Program-made: the position numbers and the translations under genes
The notes under the pieces: model-generated
The model's input: only the letters and a program-made list of their open reading frames with translations
Told to the model about the DNA's origin: nothing
The model's database searches: none
Shown here: piece by piece, positions 26,406 through 38,400 of the stretch
Layout of the letters: each line of letters begins with the position of its first letter
Numbering within the stretch: position 1 is the stretch's first letter
Assembly (NCBI GenBank): GCA_051294375.1
Contig: CM119270.1
Location: 10,150,984-10,214,983 of the forward strand
Reading direction: 5' to 3'
Origin: Paraspadella gotoi
Lineage: Eukaryota; Animalia; Chaetognatha
Length of the DNA: 64,000 bases

Positions 26406-27252
26406 AGTAGAATCAGGTTCATCGATGTTTTAAACATATAAAAATATTTTTTAAAACTAAAATTAATAAATTTTTTGCTAATTAATCGGTGTTTGAAGAT
26501 ACATGGTTCATCGTTTTTCTCCAAATTTTCCAGAATTATTCCAAATCTGACTTGAACAGCTGATGTTCATGAAGCTGAAACTTATGTTAAACTAATATTT
26601 TTGTGGAAATAAATACATTTTGTGGAAGTGTAAACGTCTGGGCAACTGTTCAAAACAAAAAAAAATTAAAAATTAAAAAGAAATTTTGACCATTTTTTGC
26701 CCCCATGAGTGACCCATACCGGGCCCCATATCTCGGCTCAGGGGTCAAATATTGAAATTCGCCTCAATATTTCTATTTGTATTCACATAGGGATCGTTCA
26801 TACCAAATTTCATTAAAATCTATTCAATAGTTTTCTCGGAACGTGTTCTGGTCACAAAAAAGGGGTACTATGGCAACGGGAGGATAGCCTGTGATACCCG
26901 GGGCGCGGGGTATCTCACCAACTGGCGTAGGGGCTGCGGACCCTCAGTGACCGCCTCCTGTCACTGGCATGTTTATACCGGCACCGTCACATTTAAGCCA
27001 GAACCGGGATACCCGGGGATTGAACCCGGGACGCACGGATGGAATGAGATGATTTAGCCTGCTCAGCCATTGAGACGAGGCTGAGGACGGACAGCAGTGA
27101 GGCAGCTTTAAGTCTTGCTGCCACAGTACCACATTTTATAATATGAAGCCTTCTGTATTCACATTCCCAGTCGTCTCCAACAAAAGTAAAAACCATCTCC
27201 GTCATATTCACAGCATTCATGGTCTTTGTCTTTGGCCCACCACCCCACTGAC

Positions 27253-27493
27253 CCGTCCTCCGAGGGCTGGCGGTCGTGCGTCGCTTGTTTCGATTGCCCC
27301 TTCTCGTCTTCCACTGATTCTTGTCATAGAAGGTAAGCAATTCCTGATTCGGACCCACAGATTTAATGACTTTGTAGTAAATGTTGAGGTCCTCCTGAAT
27401 CGTCACTATGTTCTGTTCTTCGAAAAATCTGGCACACTGAACGTAACGCATCCAATTCCCATGTACCGAATCGCCGTTGATGAAGAAGAGGAC
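27253..27493 (-). CDS. PRDM2-like gene, coding exon 3 (PR/SET domain C-terminal half)
   Basis: VLFFINGDSVHGNWMRYVQCARFFEEQNIVTIQEDLNIYYKVIKSVGPNQELLTFY carries the PR-domain NWMRYV..A....EQN and ELL.FY motifs. Acceptor tag|GTC, donor G|gtcagt. Confidence 0.92.
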
Positions 27494-27775
27494 CTAGTAA
27501 GAATAAAAAAGAGAAAAGTAAGGAAGAAGTTAATATATATTTAATACCTTAACTGGCAAGAAAAGTTATGCGGATTGGAACGCGAATGTAAAAAATACTT
27601 AAAAAATGTAAACCGTACAAAAGAGGTAACATTAAGTACATTAGTTAGGATTAGTGGATGGCGATTGGCGAAAATGTTAAGAAGGAGAGAACACCAAGAG
27701 CGAGAAAGAGGTTAAACTTAAAATTGTATCGGATGTGGGTGTGGCAAAGGTCTTGTATTAAATAAGAACATGAAC

Positions 27776-27933
27776 CTCATCGGAATCCTCGTCGAGAACT
27801 TCCCAAACGTAACGATGATCCATTTTTAGTGCGGATCCGTTGTCCTCGACGTGGTGAGGATTATTGAAAATGACTTCTCCTTCAAAAGGGCCGAAAAGAT
27901 GACCGGCCTCGACTCTCTTACAACTGAAGATGC
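27776..27933 (-). CDS. PRDM2-like gene, coding exon 2 (PR/SET domain N-terminal half)
   Basis: Not in the ORF track. Translates (G)IFSCKRVEAGHLFGPFEGEVIF...RYVWEVLDEDSDE with the PR-domain FGPF.G and Y.WEV motifs. Acceptor ttctag|GC, donor GAG|gttcat. Confidence 0.9.
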
Positions 27934-28164
27934 CTAGAACGTGGCGTTGGGGTTGGGAAAAAAAACAAAAAAGTAGTGTATAGAATCCTTCCAGAATTGT
28001 TTTGTGTCATTATTTAGATACGAACCAGTCTTTTTAAAATAAATTTTATATAGAACTATTTTTTTAATAAGTAGCCCTTGTGTATAAACTTTCTTTTTCG
28101 TTGTTGTTAGATTTCAGGAAAAACAGTTTTGAATTGTAACAACGATTTTTATTGACATAAAAAG

Positions 28165-28210
28165 TCGGACATGTTTCGACTCTTGACAGTTTTAGAGTCT
28201 TCATCAGCAA
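28165..28210 (-). ncRNA. Minimal type I hammerhead ribozyme
   Basis: Reverse complement of 29966-30011. Confidence 0.72.
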
Positions 28211-29281
28211 GTGATTTTACAAGTTTTCTCTGTGAAAGTTGAGTTAGAGAGAGAGAGAAAGAACAAGAGAGAGATTCCAACAAAGAATTTAGTGAGGGAT
28301 AGTGGTCATATGTGAGGACAGCTGAAGGTAAGGACAGGGAAAGGGAAGTAAGTTTGTGAAAAATGAAAAAGAGAGAGAGAGAGAGAGAGAGACAAATGAA
28401 ATCAATACAACAGAGATAAATGGTAAGATTAAATTAGTAAACTTAAAGATTAACTAAGTAGTAATAATATTAATAACAAAGAAAATAAATTAGTAAAATG
28501 TAGTGAAATGTGAAATAGAAGAATAAGTGGTGTGTGATAGGTAAGTAAAGAGTTAGTGAAAATAAGTAAAAGAAAGAGCTCAAAAATGAGCTGGCCCCCC
28601 ACGGCCGGGCAAATGGAGGACGTTGACGATAAAATCGGGTCATTGGCCTGTCATAGGCTGAGAGGATATGATTACAGAGTGTGACATTCTGGGGTCTGGT
28701 AAGGATCCGCATGGGAAAATGCCAAGTGCCACTCGTATATCTCTTTGGCCTGATAAGCCTGCTGACAGCCCTCCTCTCACCTGACGGTGAGGCAGGCGGT
28801 TGTCTGTTCTTGCCTGGTTTGCTACAGGAGATACAGACTCCTCTCCCTTCTCTTGCAGCCATCGTTTTGGGCGGTGCTCGGTATGAGGAGAGTCGTACCA
28901 AGTTACTACAGGCTCGAGAGGTATCGGTCATCCATTGCCTGGTGAGAGGCCTCTGCCTGGCCCATTGAGTGGGGATGGGAGAATCATTGTGCGGTTGGGG
29001 TGGCTCTGGGCGTTGATAAGTGAATCATAGTTTGGAGGGAAGTCAAATTGTCCTCCATCACAGTTCAGAGATGGCTCGAGGGCTTTGATGTAAATTTCCT
29101 AATACCTCTTGAAAACCGGTTAGTTAATCTTTAAGTTTACTAATTTATTCTTACCATTTTTCTCTGTTGTACATTACTAAATGTATTGATTTCATTTGTC
29201 TCTCTCTCTCTCTTTTTCATTTTTCACAAACTTACTTCCCCTTCCCTGTCCTTACCTCCAGCTGTCCTCACAACTGACCAC

Positions 29282-29867
29282 TAGAGTGGAGCACTCAAGA
29301 ACAAAAAAAATATTTGAATGATCGAACAAGGATATTTAGATGTGAGATAGTATGATTTACTAATATAAAAAATATTTTGTTCATATTGTCTCAGGAACAG
29401 AATAGTAAAATATAATATATCTATAGTAATATCTTTATAAAATAATAAATTTTACAAATATTTTTTTAAAACTTTTAATAAAGATTCAGATTTGTCATAA
29501 AAAATCAAAAATATAAAACATGTTATCAAAAATTCTGTCATCTTTAGCATTTAAAATTTGAAAAAAAAAAAATTCAAGCTTTTTGATTTTCTGTAGAAGA
29601 AACTTATATATGTTAAAAAGTTTGTATCATTTTTTGTGATCTAAATATTAAAATATCATATAACATATTTTATAAAAGTTTCTGAGTTTTTTACGACGAA
29701 TCTAAATCTGTTCGTAAAAATTAAAAAAAATTATTTTGAAATTTTACAATTTTATAAGGATATTTCTACATAAATAACTGAATTTACTATACTATTAAGC
29801 TAAAAAATTTTTAATAAGCAGCAAAAAAAAATGTTCAATCACTCAATCTTTTCATCACCCCACCCTA
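29282..29867. mobile_element. hAT-type MITE inserted in the pseudo-LTR
   Basis: TIRs TAGAGTGG / CCACCCTA with a perfect 8-bp TSD CTGACCAC (29274-29281, 29868-29875). Another copy at ~48990-49410 (minus strand). Confidence 0.85.
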
Positions 29868-29965
29868 CTGACCACTATCCATCACTCAATTCTTTGTTGG
29901 AATCTCTCTCTCTCTCTCTCTCTCTCTAACTCAACTTTCACAGAGAAAACTTGTTGTAAAATCAC

Positions 29966-30011
29966 TTGCTGATGAAGACTCTAAAACTGTCAAGAGTCGA
30001 AACATGTCCGA
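29966..30011 (+). ncRNA. Minimal type I hammerhead ribozyme
   Basis: UUG-CUGAUGA-A-GACUCU(AAAACUGUCA)AGAGUC-GAAAC-AU-GUC|CGA: canonical core, 6-bp stem II, ACAUGU stem III, short stem I. Confidence 0.75.
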
Positions 30012-30199
30012 CTTTTCATGTCAATAAAAATCGTTGTAACAATTCAAAACTGTTTTTCCTATATATTTTCATTTATCTTAGGCTTATCTTTCTGCTCACC
30101 GAACGGACCGTATCGAATAATAAGTCGTCGCCAGGACTTTACAAAATAATAAAACTAGGCAAATAAGCAAATAGTTATCACCACAACCATTTCCCTCAC

Positions 30200-30413
30200 C
30201 GATTCCATCGGCCACTCCAGAAGGCGCAAGAGACACTTCCTCGGGACAGCTGAGTTTTGGAATTTCGATTTTTTCTTTGGTCGCTTGGCCTTCAGCCTGG
30301 CTAGACGCCCGGCAGTCCGGTTGGTCGTTAATCTGCCTGTTCCCTGAAACCGTATCGCCCACCGAACATTCCGTCTGTGAACCCTTAGCCCCGTCTCCGT
30401 CAGTGGGGGCCAT
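30200..30413 (-). CDS. PRDM2-like gene, first identifiable coding exon
   Basis: MAPTDGDG...KLSCPEEVSLAPSGVADGIG with donor G|gtgagg. Joined to exon 2 it resembles the PRDM2 PR-domain start (PEEVxLxPSxV...GV/I). An acceptor at 30440 with an open frame means an upstream exon may exist, so the ATG is tentative. Confidence 0.78.
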
Positions 30414-30521
30414 TATCACCCGTCCGAAGCCGGGGATACCCTATGAAAAAAATAACCATGCTATTACAAAACTTTTCATTCATAATTTCTTGAATGAGAA
30501 ATTAATTAAATGAGGTCCATA

Positions 30522-30789
30522 TGTAGTCGGGCATAGCAAAGTTCACACCGCCTCTAAGCACGACACCTTCAGTCGTGACCCGGTGGCTCATTGAGTAAAG
30601 CCATCAGCTCATGACCACTAGGTAACCGGGTTAAATCCCAACCCGGTACCTACCCTGCGGGAAGTGTGAGGACGGCCGTAAGCCGCCTTGGGGGCGTGGA
30701 AAACCCTCAAGCCTGGTTCCATAGCTGCTAGAGGGGGTTAAAGAAGTTATGAATAGTCATCTTCAGCCCACTTAGCGCCTTATCTCACA
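30522..30789 (+). mobile_element. Solo LTR of the tRNA-box TRIM family
   Basis: TGTAGTCGGG...CACA with left flank CATA. The mirrored copy (~38432-38697) shows CATA on both sides; this copy's right flank differs. Confidence 0.8.
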
Positions 30790-30867
30790 CTAATTAAATG
30801 TGTTCATTTTTTTTGATAACCATTTTTTTCGGTTGCCTCACGTAGTGGAAAACCGCAAAAAAAAGTT

Positions 30868-31850
30868 GGTATTCCTGGAGATCAATGCCTCTGGAGGCCT
30901 ATGGGAAAACGAAAAGCAAGGTTTTTTTTAAAGAATTAACGGAAAAAAAAAGAACGAAATGGAACGGAAGTGGAATAACGTTTCGGGAAAAAAAATAAAG
31001 GAATTCAGATATATTTTTTCTTTTAATATTTTTTATTTTTGTTATATGAAATTAATACAGCCAATATATATTTGGGTAAAAATTAAGGTTATAATAAATT
31101 ATGGTTAAGAATAAATTTAAAAAAATAAGTTAAGGTTAAAAATAAGTTAGGGGTAAGTTCGGGTTAGGTTTAGGGGTAAGTTAGGGTTACGGGTAAATTA
31201 GGGTTAAGGGTAAGTTAGGGGTAGAGATAAATTAGGGCTAAGGTAAGTTAGGGGTTGGGGTACGTTTGGGTTAGGGGTAACTTTGGGTTAAGGGTAAATT
31301 AAGTTTCGGCTTAAGCTTATAATAATTTAACTTTTTAAAAAATAATATTTAAATATTAATAAATTTATAAAAAAATATAATAATAATATTTACAAAGTAA
31401 CAAAGTTTTTATTTATGATTACAATGATCATTTAATAATTCCGAGAGAGAGAGAGATATCAAGGTTAAAATTACCTCTTTCTTTATCTCTTAAAGTTAGT
31501 ATCCAAATATTTATTAAAACTATTAAAACTGGCTGATGAAGGTTCAAAAAACAATAACTAAAACATATCCGAATTATTAAATGATTATAGTAATCACAAA
31601 TAAAAACTATTATTTTATAAATATCTATCAAAGGCAATAAAAAAAATATTACAATTACTAATATTTAAAAAAACATTTTTTAAAGAGTTAAGAAAAAATC
31701 CTTAGCTCGTGAAGCTTAAAAACGTTTTTAATATCATTGTTGTTACAGTCTTAAATTTTTTTTTCTGTAAAAAAACAAACTTTATTTTTTCCTCTTCTTT
31801 CTTTTCGTTTTCCTATAAGCCTCCAGAGCGTATTCAACTCCGGGATCGCC
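30868..31850 (+). mobile_element. Merlin-like MITE with an internal degenerate TTAGGG array
   Basis: About 45-bp imperfect TIRs starting GG (GGTATTCCTGGAG.. / ..CTCCGGGATCGCC) and an 8-bp TSD AAAAAGTT on both sides. GG termini with an 8-bp TSD fit the Merlin superfamily. Confidence 0.7.
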
Positions 31851-32199
31851 AAAAAGTTCGAAAAGGAAAAAGGAAAACAACAATTTTACTCATTCTGAAG
31901 AATTGGATGTTTGTTAGATCCAAAGACTCGCGAATCGTGATATCTGAGTTCGAACTTTACTTCGTCATAAGGATTTATTCGTGCTTTAGTTTATTCATTA
32001 GTTTTTGAGTTTATACTGATTTTTGTAATTCTTTTGAGTGTTTAAATAATAATTTTGATAATTATTTTTTAAATATAATATAATAATAATAATATAATAT
32101 AATATTCTTTGAATATCTATCTGATTTGATTATTTTATTAAGGTACCCTTTTTAAACTCTTCATAAACTCAGAGAGATAGAGACTATTTGATCGTCGAT

Positions 32200-33020
32200 C
32201 TGCTCAAGCAACCAAATCATGCCTTTGAAGCATCTCTGGACTACCGAAGCATCTCGCCGGGGTTGAGGAGTTTTCTCAAATATTCTTCGAATATTCTCGG
32301 GGGCGTTTTAGGAGGAGGACGGACCGGCGGGTCCTAACATGTTAAGTAAAAATAGGGATAAAATGAAAATAAAAGCAAGGAGTTTTTGTGTCAAATGGGA
32401 GCGAGCAGAGAGTTTTGATTGTTTGAATATTTAAATATTGTGTATAAAGTATTTTGGAATATTTTAGGAAAGATGACATTAAAGAAAAAAAAAATTAGTT
32501 GGTTAGTATCAAAGATACTCGTTTTCTTCTCCAGAACTCACCTAAAATCTCTCTCTGCCAGTTGAGGCAGGGTGGGCGAGCTTATCGAATATTTTACGCC
32601 ACTCTAGTTGTCGCGTTCGTAAGTAAAAAAAAAATCATGGATTTTAGTTCATCTTAGTTCACTAGAAAAAGAAGGAAAACAGGGTACAAGGGGAGGAAAG
32701 CGCTTTCTTCCTTTGATTCCTCCGCCAGCATTATTGTCTGTCGCCCATTGCAGCTGTTTTTGCTACGAGAGCTGGAACATTCAACGCAGCTCAAGAAAAG
32801 CATTTTCTGTAGATCGAAGCAGAAAATCTGATGCAGAACCTTGGGAAACGACCAGCTCGATACTGAGAGGATCTTATAAACCGGCCAAACTGCATCTCTG
32901 AAAATCTCTCTCTCTCTCTCTCACACACACACACTCACGCTCACCAACATACGCACACACACAACGACACACTTTTAAATTCGTGAGCATACTCAAATCT
33001 ATACACGCAACCCCTACATA
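32200..33020 (-). promoter_or_regulatory. Candidate promoter / 5'-UTR exon region of the PRDM gene
   Basis: Non-transposon, locally GC/CpG-richer sequence upstream of exon 1 with a (GT)n(GA)n tract. Inferred from position only. Confidence 0.3.
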
Positions 33021-34029
33021 AAATTTCTTTTAGACCCCAAAAGAAGAGAAAAAATAAAGAGAGAAGCTCCTTGCTTTCCTTTTCATTTTTGTATTTTGTT
33101 TCAACGTTGATTATACAATTACTTGACATTACACTGTTTTTTTTTAACCATGCAGTCGAAAATTTTCACAATCCTGTACAGTTTCTAGTATAATTTTAAG
33201 TGCTTAAAACGATGAGAGAATGCTTCAATTGCCTATTAAAAAAAATCTTATTCTTTTTTTCACAAAAAATGACACTTCTTCCCTTGATATCTTTGGCAAA
33301 TCTTATTCTTCTCACTTAAAATTTTGATAGCAAATAGATATTACATTTTCAAAGTTAATTTTAAATTTTTTTTCCAATACATGGACCCAATCATTATTTA
33401 TAAGGTTTTGAAAAAGGGATGATTTTCTTAATTTTTACAAATGTATGAGACTGTAAAACAAGAACAAGAAATCAAATTTTAAAAACAAAAATAGATTTGG
33501 AATCAGCATGATGTCCGCTTTCAAACCCTTTATAGTTTTTAAATATTTTAATTAGTTTTAAGACTATAATATATTTTTATAATATTGAAAAAAGATTTTT
33601 GGTATTTAAAATAATTTTTTAAAATTTTTTTTGTTACTTATTAAAACTGCTCTTGTTCAATGTATCATTTTGTATAAAAAAGGAATCAATTACCTTGAAT
33701 ATTTTCAGAATACTTTTGAATATTATTTTGACTAAATTAATTATTAAAACCAAAAAAATAAAATTAATTCAAAAATTTTATTACATCATTATGTAGGTCT
33801 CATCTCAGAGTATTTATGAGCAAAAAATTATAGGGCAAGCTTCATTAATAACTGCGCTAGAGCAAATATTGTAATAAATTTTTTTAGGGTGCTGAGCGCA
33901 ATTTTTTTTAATTTTTAAAAATCCGTCCAATGGGGACACAAACTCAACTTCCTGCATCCATTACTCACTGCTCAGCTGATTCCAACTCCGAGTTTGAGAG
34001 ATATCCACTCCCTCCAGTTTATCGAGTAA

Positions 34030-34714
34030 ATATAATTCACTTTGTCGGTCCGTCGGTCCGCCCCTCAATATGTCGGGCACACACTTATATCATGTCAGAA
34101 CATCGAATTATGATTATGCAAAAAAAACGATGTCGTCCGTCCGTCTGTCTGTCTGTCCGTTCGTCCGTCCGTCCGTCCCACCTTAGCAAAAAACTCCAAT
34201 TACTCGTGATTGAATGGATGGATGGTATGAAATTTTGTGTGTAGGTAGGAACTGTGTGATTGAGATGGATATGAAGTTTCGAGGGAATCGTGCGAGTGGA
34301 AATGGTTTAAATGGAAAAACAAAAAATATATTTCACTATTTGAACGCCATTGCTCATGAGTGGATAGGGCAATTGACTTGAAATTTTGTATGATGGTAAG
34401 GAAAGTGTGTGATTGAGCGGATATAAAGTTTCGATGGAATCGTGCGAGTGGAAATGAGTTAAAATGGAAAAAAACAAAAGTCATATTTACTTGAAGTATT
34501 TTTACTTAAATTTATTCATAATTATTATGTTTATTAAAAATTGGATAGATAAATCGAAATTGAATTTTTTTGTGTGGTAGAGGAAAGTATGTGATAAAGC
34601 TGGATATAAATTTTTTGATGGATTGTAGGAGTGGAAAAGAGTTCAATTAGAAAACCAAAAGACACATTTATTTGAAATTTTTAAAGTTTCTCTCTCTCTA
34701 TCTCTCTCTGATTA

Positions 34715-34745
<31 letters not shown>

Positions 34746-35470
34746 TTATTGACCAAATTATGCCAATTGACAAAATATGCCAGTTGACCAAATTCTAAAG
34801 TTGACCAAATTATGCAGTTGACCAAATTCTGCAAGTTGATCAGTTCTGCAAGTTGAACCAAATTATGCCTGTTGACCAAATTATGCCAGTTGACCAAATT
34901 AGGCCAGTTGATAAAATTATGCCAGTTGACCAATTATGCCGGTTGACCAAATTATCTTAAATTGATCAAATTATGTCAGTTGACCAAATTATGTCATTTA
35001 ACCAAATTATGTCAGTTGACCAAATTATGCAAGTTGATTAATTTGCAAGTTGACCAAGTTAGCTTATTACACTTTATTATCGATTGACCTGAATTTGTAT
35101 GTGAGTAGAAAGTGTGTGATTGAACAGGAAACCAAGTTTTCGATGGAATCTTTTGAGTGAAATGAGTTTAAATTGGAGAAAAACAAAAAACCTGTTTCAC
35201 TAATTGATTATGATTCTTTTTCCTTTTATATTAAATGTATATGCAGGATGTATTAATAAATCAAATAATTAATAAGTTATTTTAATCAATAGTCAATTAA
35301 TTAATCAATAATTACTTAATCAGTCAATCAATCCGTCCATCCGTCCCACCTTAGCAAAAAGCTCCCAATAACTCGTGATTGGCTGGTTGATTGGAATATT
35401 GAAATTTGTGTGTGGGGTAGGAAGTGTGTGATAAAGCTGGATAATTGAGTTTAAGTGAAAAAAACATAAG
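34030..35470 (+). mobile_element. HINE family 1 sequence forming the spacer of the large inverted duplication
   Basis: GTCY microsatellite 34134-34180 and family-1 body subrepeats. 5' hairpin absent. Confidence 0.7.
34748..35056. repeat. 18-bp minisatellite (GTTGACCAAATTATGCCA)n
   Basis: About 17 degenerate tandem units. Confidence 0.9.
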
Positions 35471-35477
35471 TCGATTT

Positions 35478-38400
35478 ATAAAATTTTTGAATTAATTTTA
35501 TTTTTTTGGTTATATAATTAATTTAGTCAAAATAATATTCAAAAGTATTCTGAAAATATTCAAGGTAATTGATTCCTTTTTATACAAAATGATACATGAA
35601 CAAGAGCAGTTTTAATAAGTAACAAAAAAATTTAAAAAATTATTTTAAATACCAAAAATTTTTTCAATATTATAAAAATATATTATAGTCTTAAAACTAA
35701 TTAAAATATTTAAAAACTATAAAGGGTTTGAAAGCGGACATCATGCTGATTCCAAATCTATTTTTTTTTTAAAATTTGATTTCTTGTTCTTGTTTTACAG
35801 TCTCATACATTTGTAAAAATTAAGAAAATCATCCTTTTTCAAACCTATAAATAATGATTGGGTCCATGTATTGGAAAAAAATTTAAAGTTAACTTTGAAA
35901 ATGTAATCTCATTGCTATCAAAATTTTAAGTGAGAAGAATAAGATTTGCCAAAGATATCAAGGGAAGAAGTGTCATTTTTTTTGAAAAAAAGAATAAGAT
36001 TTTTTTTAATAGGCAATTGAAGCATTCTCTCATCGTTTAAGCACTTAAATTATACTAGAAAACTGTACAGGATTGTTGAAAATTTTCGACTGCATGGTTA
36101 AAAAAAAACAGTGTAATGTCAAGTTAATTGTATAATCAACGTTGAAACAAAATACAAAATGAAAAGGAAAGCAAGGAGCTCTCTCTTTATTTTTTTCTCT
36201 TCTTTTGGGGTCTAAAAGAAATTTTTATGTAGGGTTGCGTGTATAGATTTGAGTATGCTCACGAATTTAAAAGTGTGTCGTTGTGTGTGTGCGTATGTTG
36301 GTGAGCGTGAGTGTGTGTGTTGAGAGAGAGAGAGAGAGATTTTCAGAGATGCAGTTTGGCCGGTTTATAAGATCCTCTCAGTATCGAGCTGGTCGTTTCC
36401 CAAGTTCTGCATCAGATTTTCTGCTTCGATCTACAGAAAATGCTTTTCTTGAGCTGCGTTGAATGTTCCAGCTCTCGTTAGCAAAAACAGCCTGCAATGG
36501 GCGACAGACATAATGCTGGCGGAGGATCAAGGAAGAAAAGCGCTTTCCTCCCCTTGTACCCTGTTTCCTTCTTTTCTATTGAACTAAGATGAACTAAAAT
36601 CCATGATTTTTTTTTTACTTACGAACGCGACAACTAGAGTGGCGTAAAATATTCGATAAGCTCGCCCACCCTGCCTCAACTGGCAGAGAGAGATTTTTAG
36701 GTGAGTTCTGGAGAAGAAAACGATATCTTGATACTAAACCAACTAATTTTTTTTTCTTTAATGTCATCTTTCCTAAAATATTCCAAAATACTTTATACAC
36801 AATATTTAAATATTCAAACAATCAAAACTCTCTGCTCGCTCCCATTTGACACAAAAACTCCTTGCTTTTATTTTCATTTATCCCTATTTTTACTTAACAT
36901 GTTAGGACCGCCCGGTCCGTCCTCCTCTAAAACGCCCCGAGAATATTCGAAGAATATTTGAGAAAACTCCTCAACCCCGGCGAGATGCTTCGGTAGTCCA
37001 GAGATGCTTCAAAGCATTGATTTGGTTGCTTGAGCAGATCGACATTCAAAAATAGTCTCTATCTCTCTGAGTTATATGAAGAGTTTAAAAAGGTACCTTA
37101 ATAAAATAATCAAATCAGATAGATATTCAAAGAATATTATATTATATTATTATTATTATATTATATTTAAAAAATAATTATCAAAATTATATTTTAAACA
37201 CTCAAAAAGAATTACAAAAATCAGTATAAACTCAAAACTAATGAATAAACTAAAGCACGAATAAATCCTTATGACGAAGTAAAGTTCGAACTCAGATATC
37301 ACGATTCGCGAGTCTTGGATCTAAACAAACATCCAATTCTTCAGAATGAGTAAAATTGTTGTTTCCTTTTTCCTTTTTCGAACTTTTTGGCGATCCCGGA
37401 GTTGAATACGCTCTGGAGGCTTATGGAAAACGAAAAGAAAGAAGAGGAAAAATAAAGTTTGTTTTTTTACAGAAAAAAAAATTTAAACTGTAACAACAAT
37501 GATATTAAAAACGTTTTTAAGCTTCACGAGCTAAGGATTTTTTTAACTCTTTTAAAAAATGTTTTTTTAAATATTAGTAATTGTAATATTTTTTTATTGC
37601 CTTTGATAGATATTTATAAAATAATAGTTTTAATTTGTGATTACTATAATCATTTAATAATTCGGATATGTTTTAGTTATTGTTTTTTGAACCTTCATCA
37701 GCCAGTTTTAATAGTTTTAATAAATATTTGATACTAACTTTAAGAGATAAAGAAAGAGGTAATTTAACCTTGATATCTCTCTCTCTCTCGGAATTATTAA
37801 ATGATCATTGTAATCATAAATAAAAACTTTGTACTTGTAAATATTATTATTATATTTTATATAATTTATTTAATATTTAAATATTATTTTTTAAAAAGTT
37901 AAATTATTATAAGCTTAAGCCGAAACTTAATTTACCCTAACCCAAAGTTACCCCTAACCCAAACGTACCCCAACCCCTAATTACCTTAGCCTAATTTATC
38001 TTCTACCCCTAACTTACCCTTAACCCTAATTTACCCGTAACCCTAACTTACCCCTAAACCTAACCCAACTTACCCCTAACTTATTTTAACCTTAACTTAT
38101 TTTTTAAATTATTCTTACCATAATTTATTATAACCTTAATTTTACCCAAATATATATTGGCTTGTATTAATTTCATATAACAAAAATAAAAATATTAAAA
38201 GAAAAAATATTATCTGAATTCCTTTTTTTTTTCCCGAAAACGTTATCCACTTCCGTTCCATTTCGTTCTTTTTTTTTCCGTTAATTCTTTAAAAAAAACC
38301 TTGCTTTTCTTTCCCATAGGCCTTCCAGAGAGCATTGATCTCCAGGAATACCAACTTTTTTTTGCGGTTTTCCACTACGTGAGGCAACCGAAAAAAATGG

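Larger units (their letters stand above)
25346..27155. mobile_element. Non-autonomous TA-flanked DNA transposon (Tc1/mariner-like ends) with long diverged inverted arms
   Basis: TA|CAGAAGGCTTCATAT ... ATATGAAGCCTTCTG|TA. Inverted homology continues inward about 400 bp (25346-25742 vs ~26720-27155). Fills most of PRDM intron 3. Confidence 0.75.
28090..30060 (-). mobile_element. Second, diverged Penelope-like element remnant with inverted pseudo-LTRs, in PRDM intron 1
   Basis: 28117-28460 is inverted relative to 29118-30060 once the hAT insert is removed. 28590-29117 on the minus strand is a degenerate homologue of the GIY-YIG C-terminus and extension at 16915-17424. Confidence 0.85.

Noticed and set aside
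34748-35056. CRISPR-like array (also the 46680-47570 repeats)
   Set aside because: No unique spacers, no cas genes and a eukaryotic context. These are ordinary tandem repeats.
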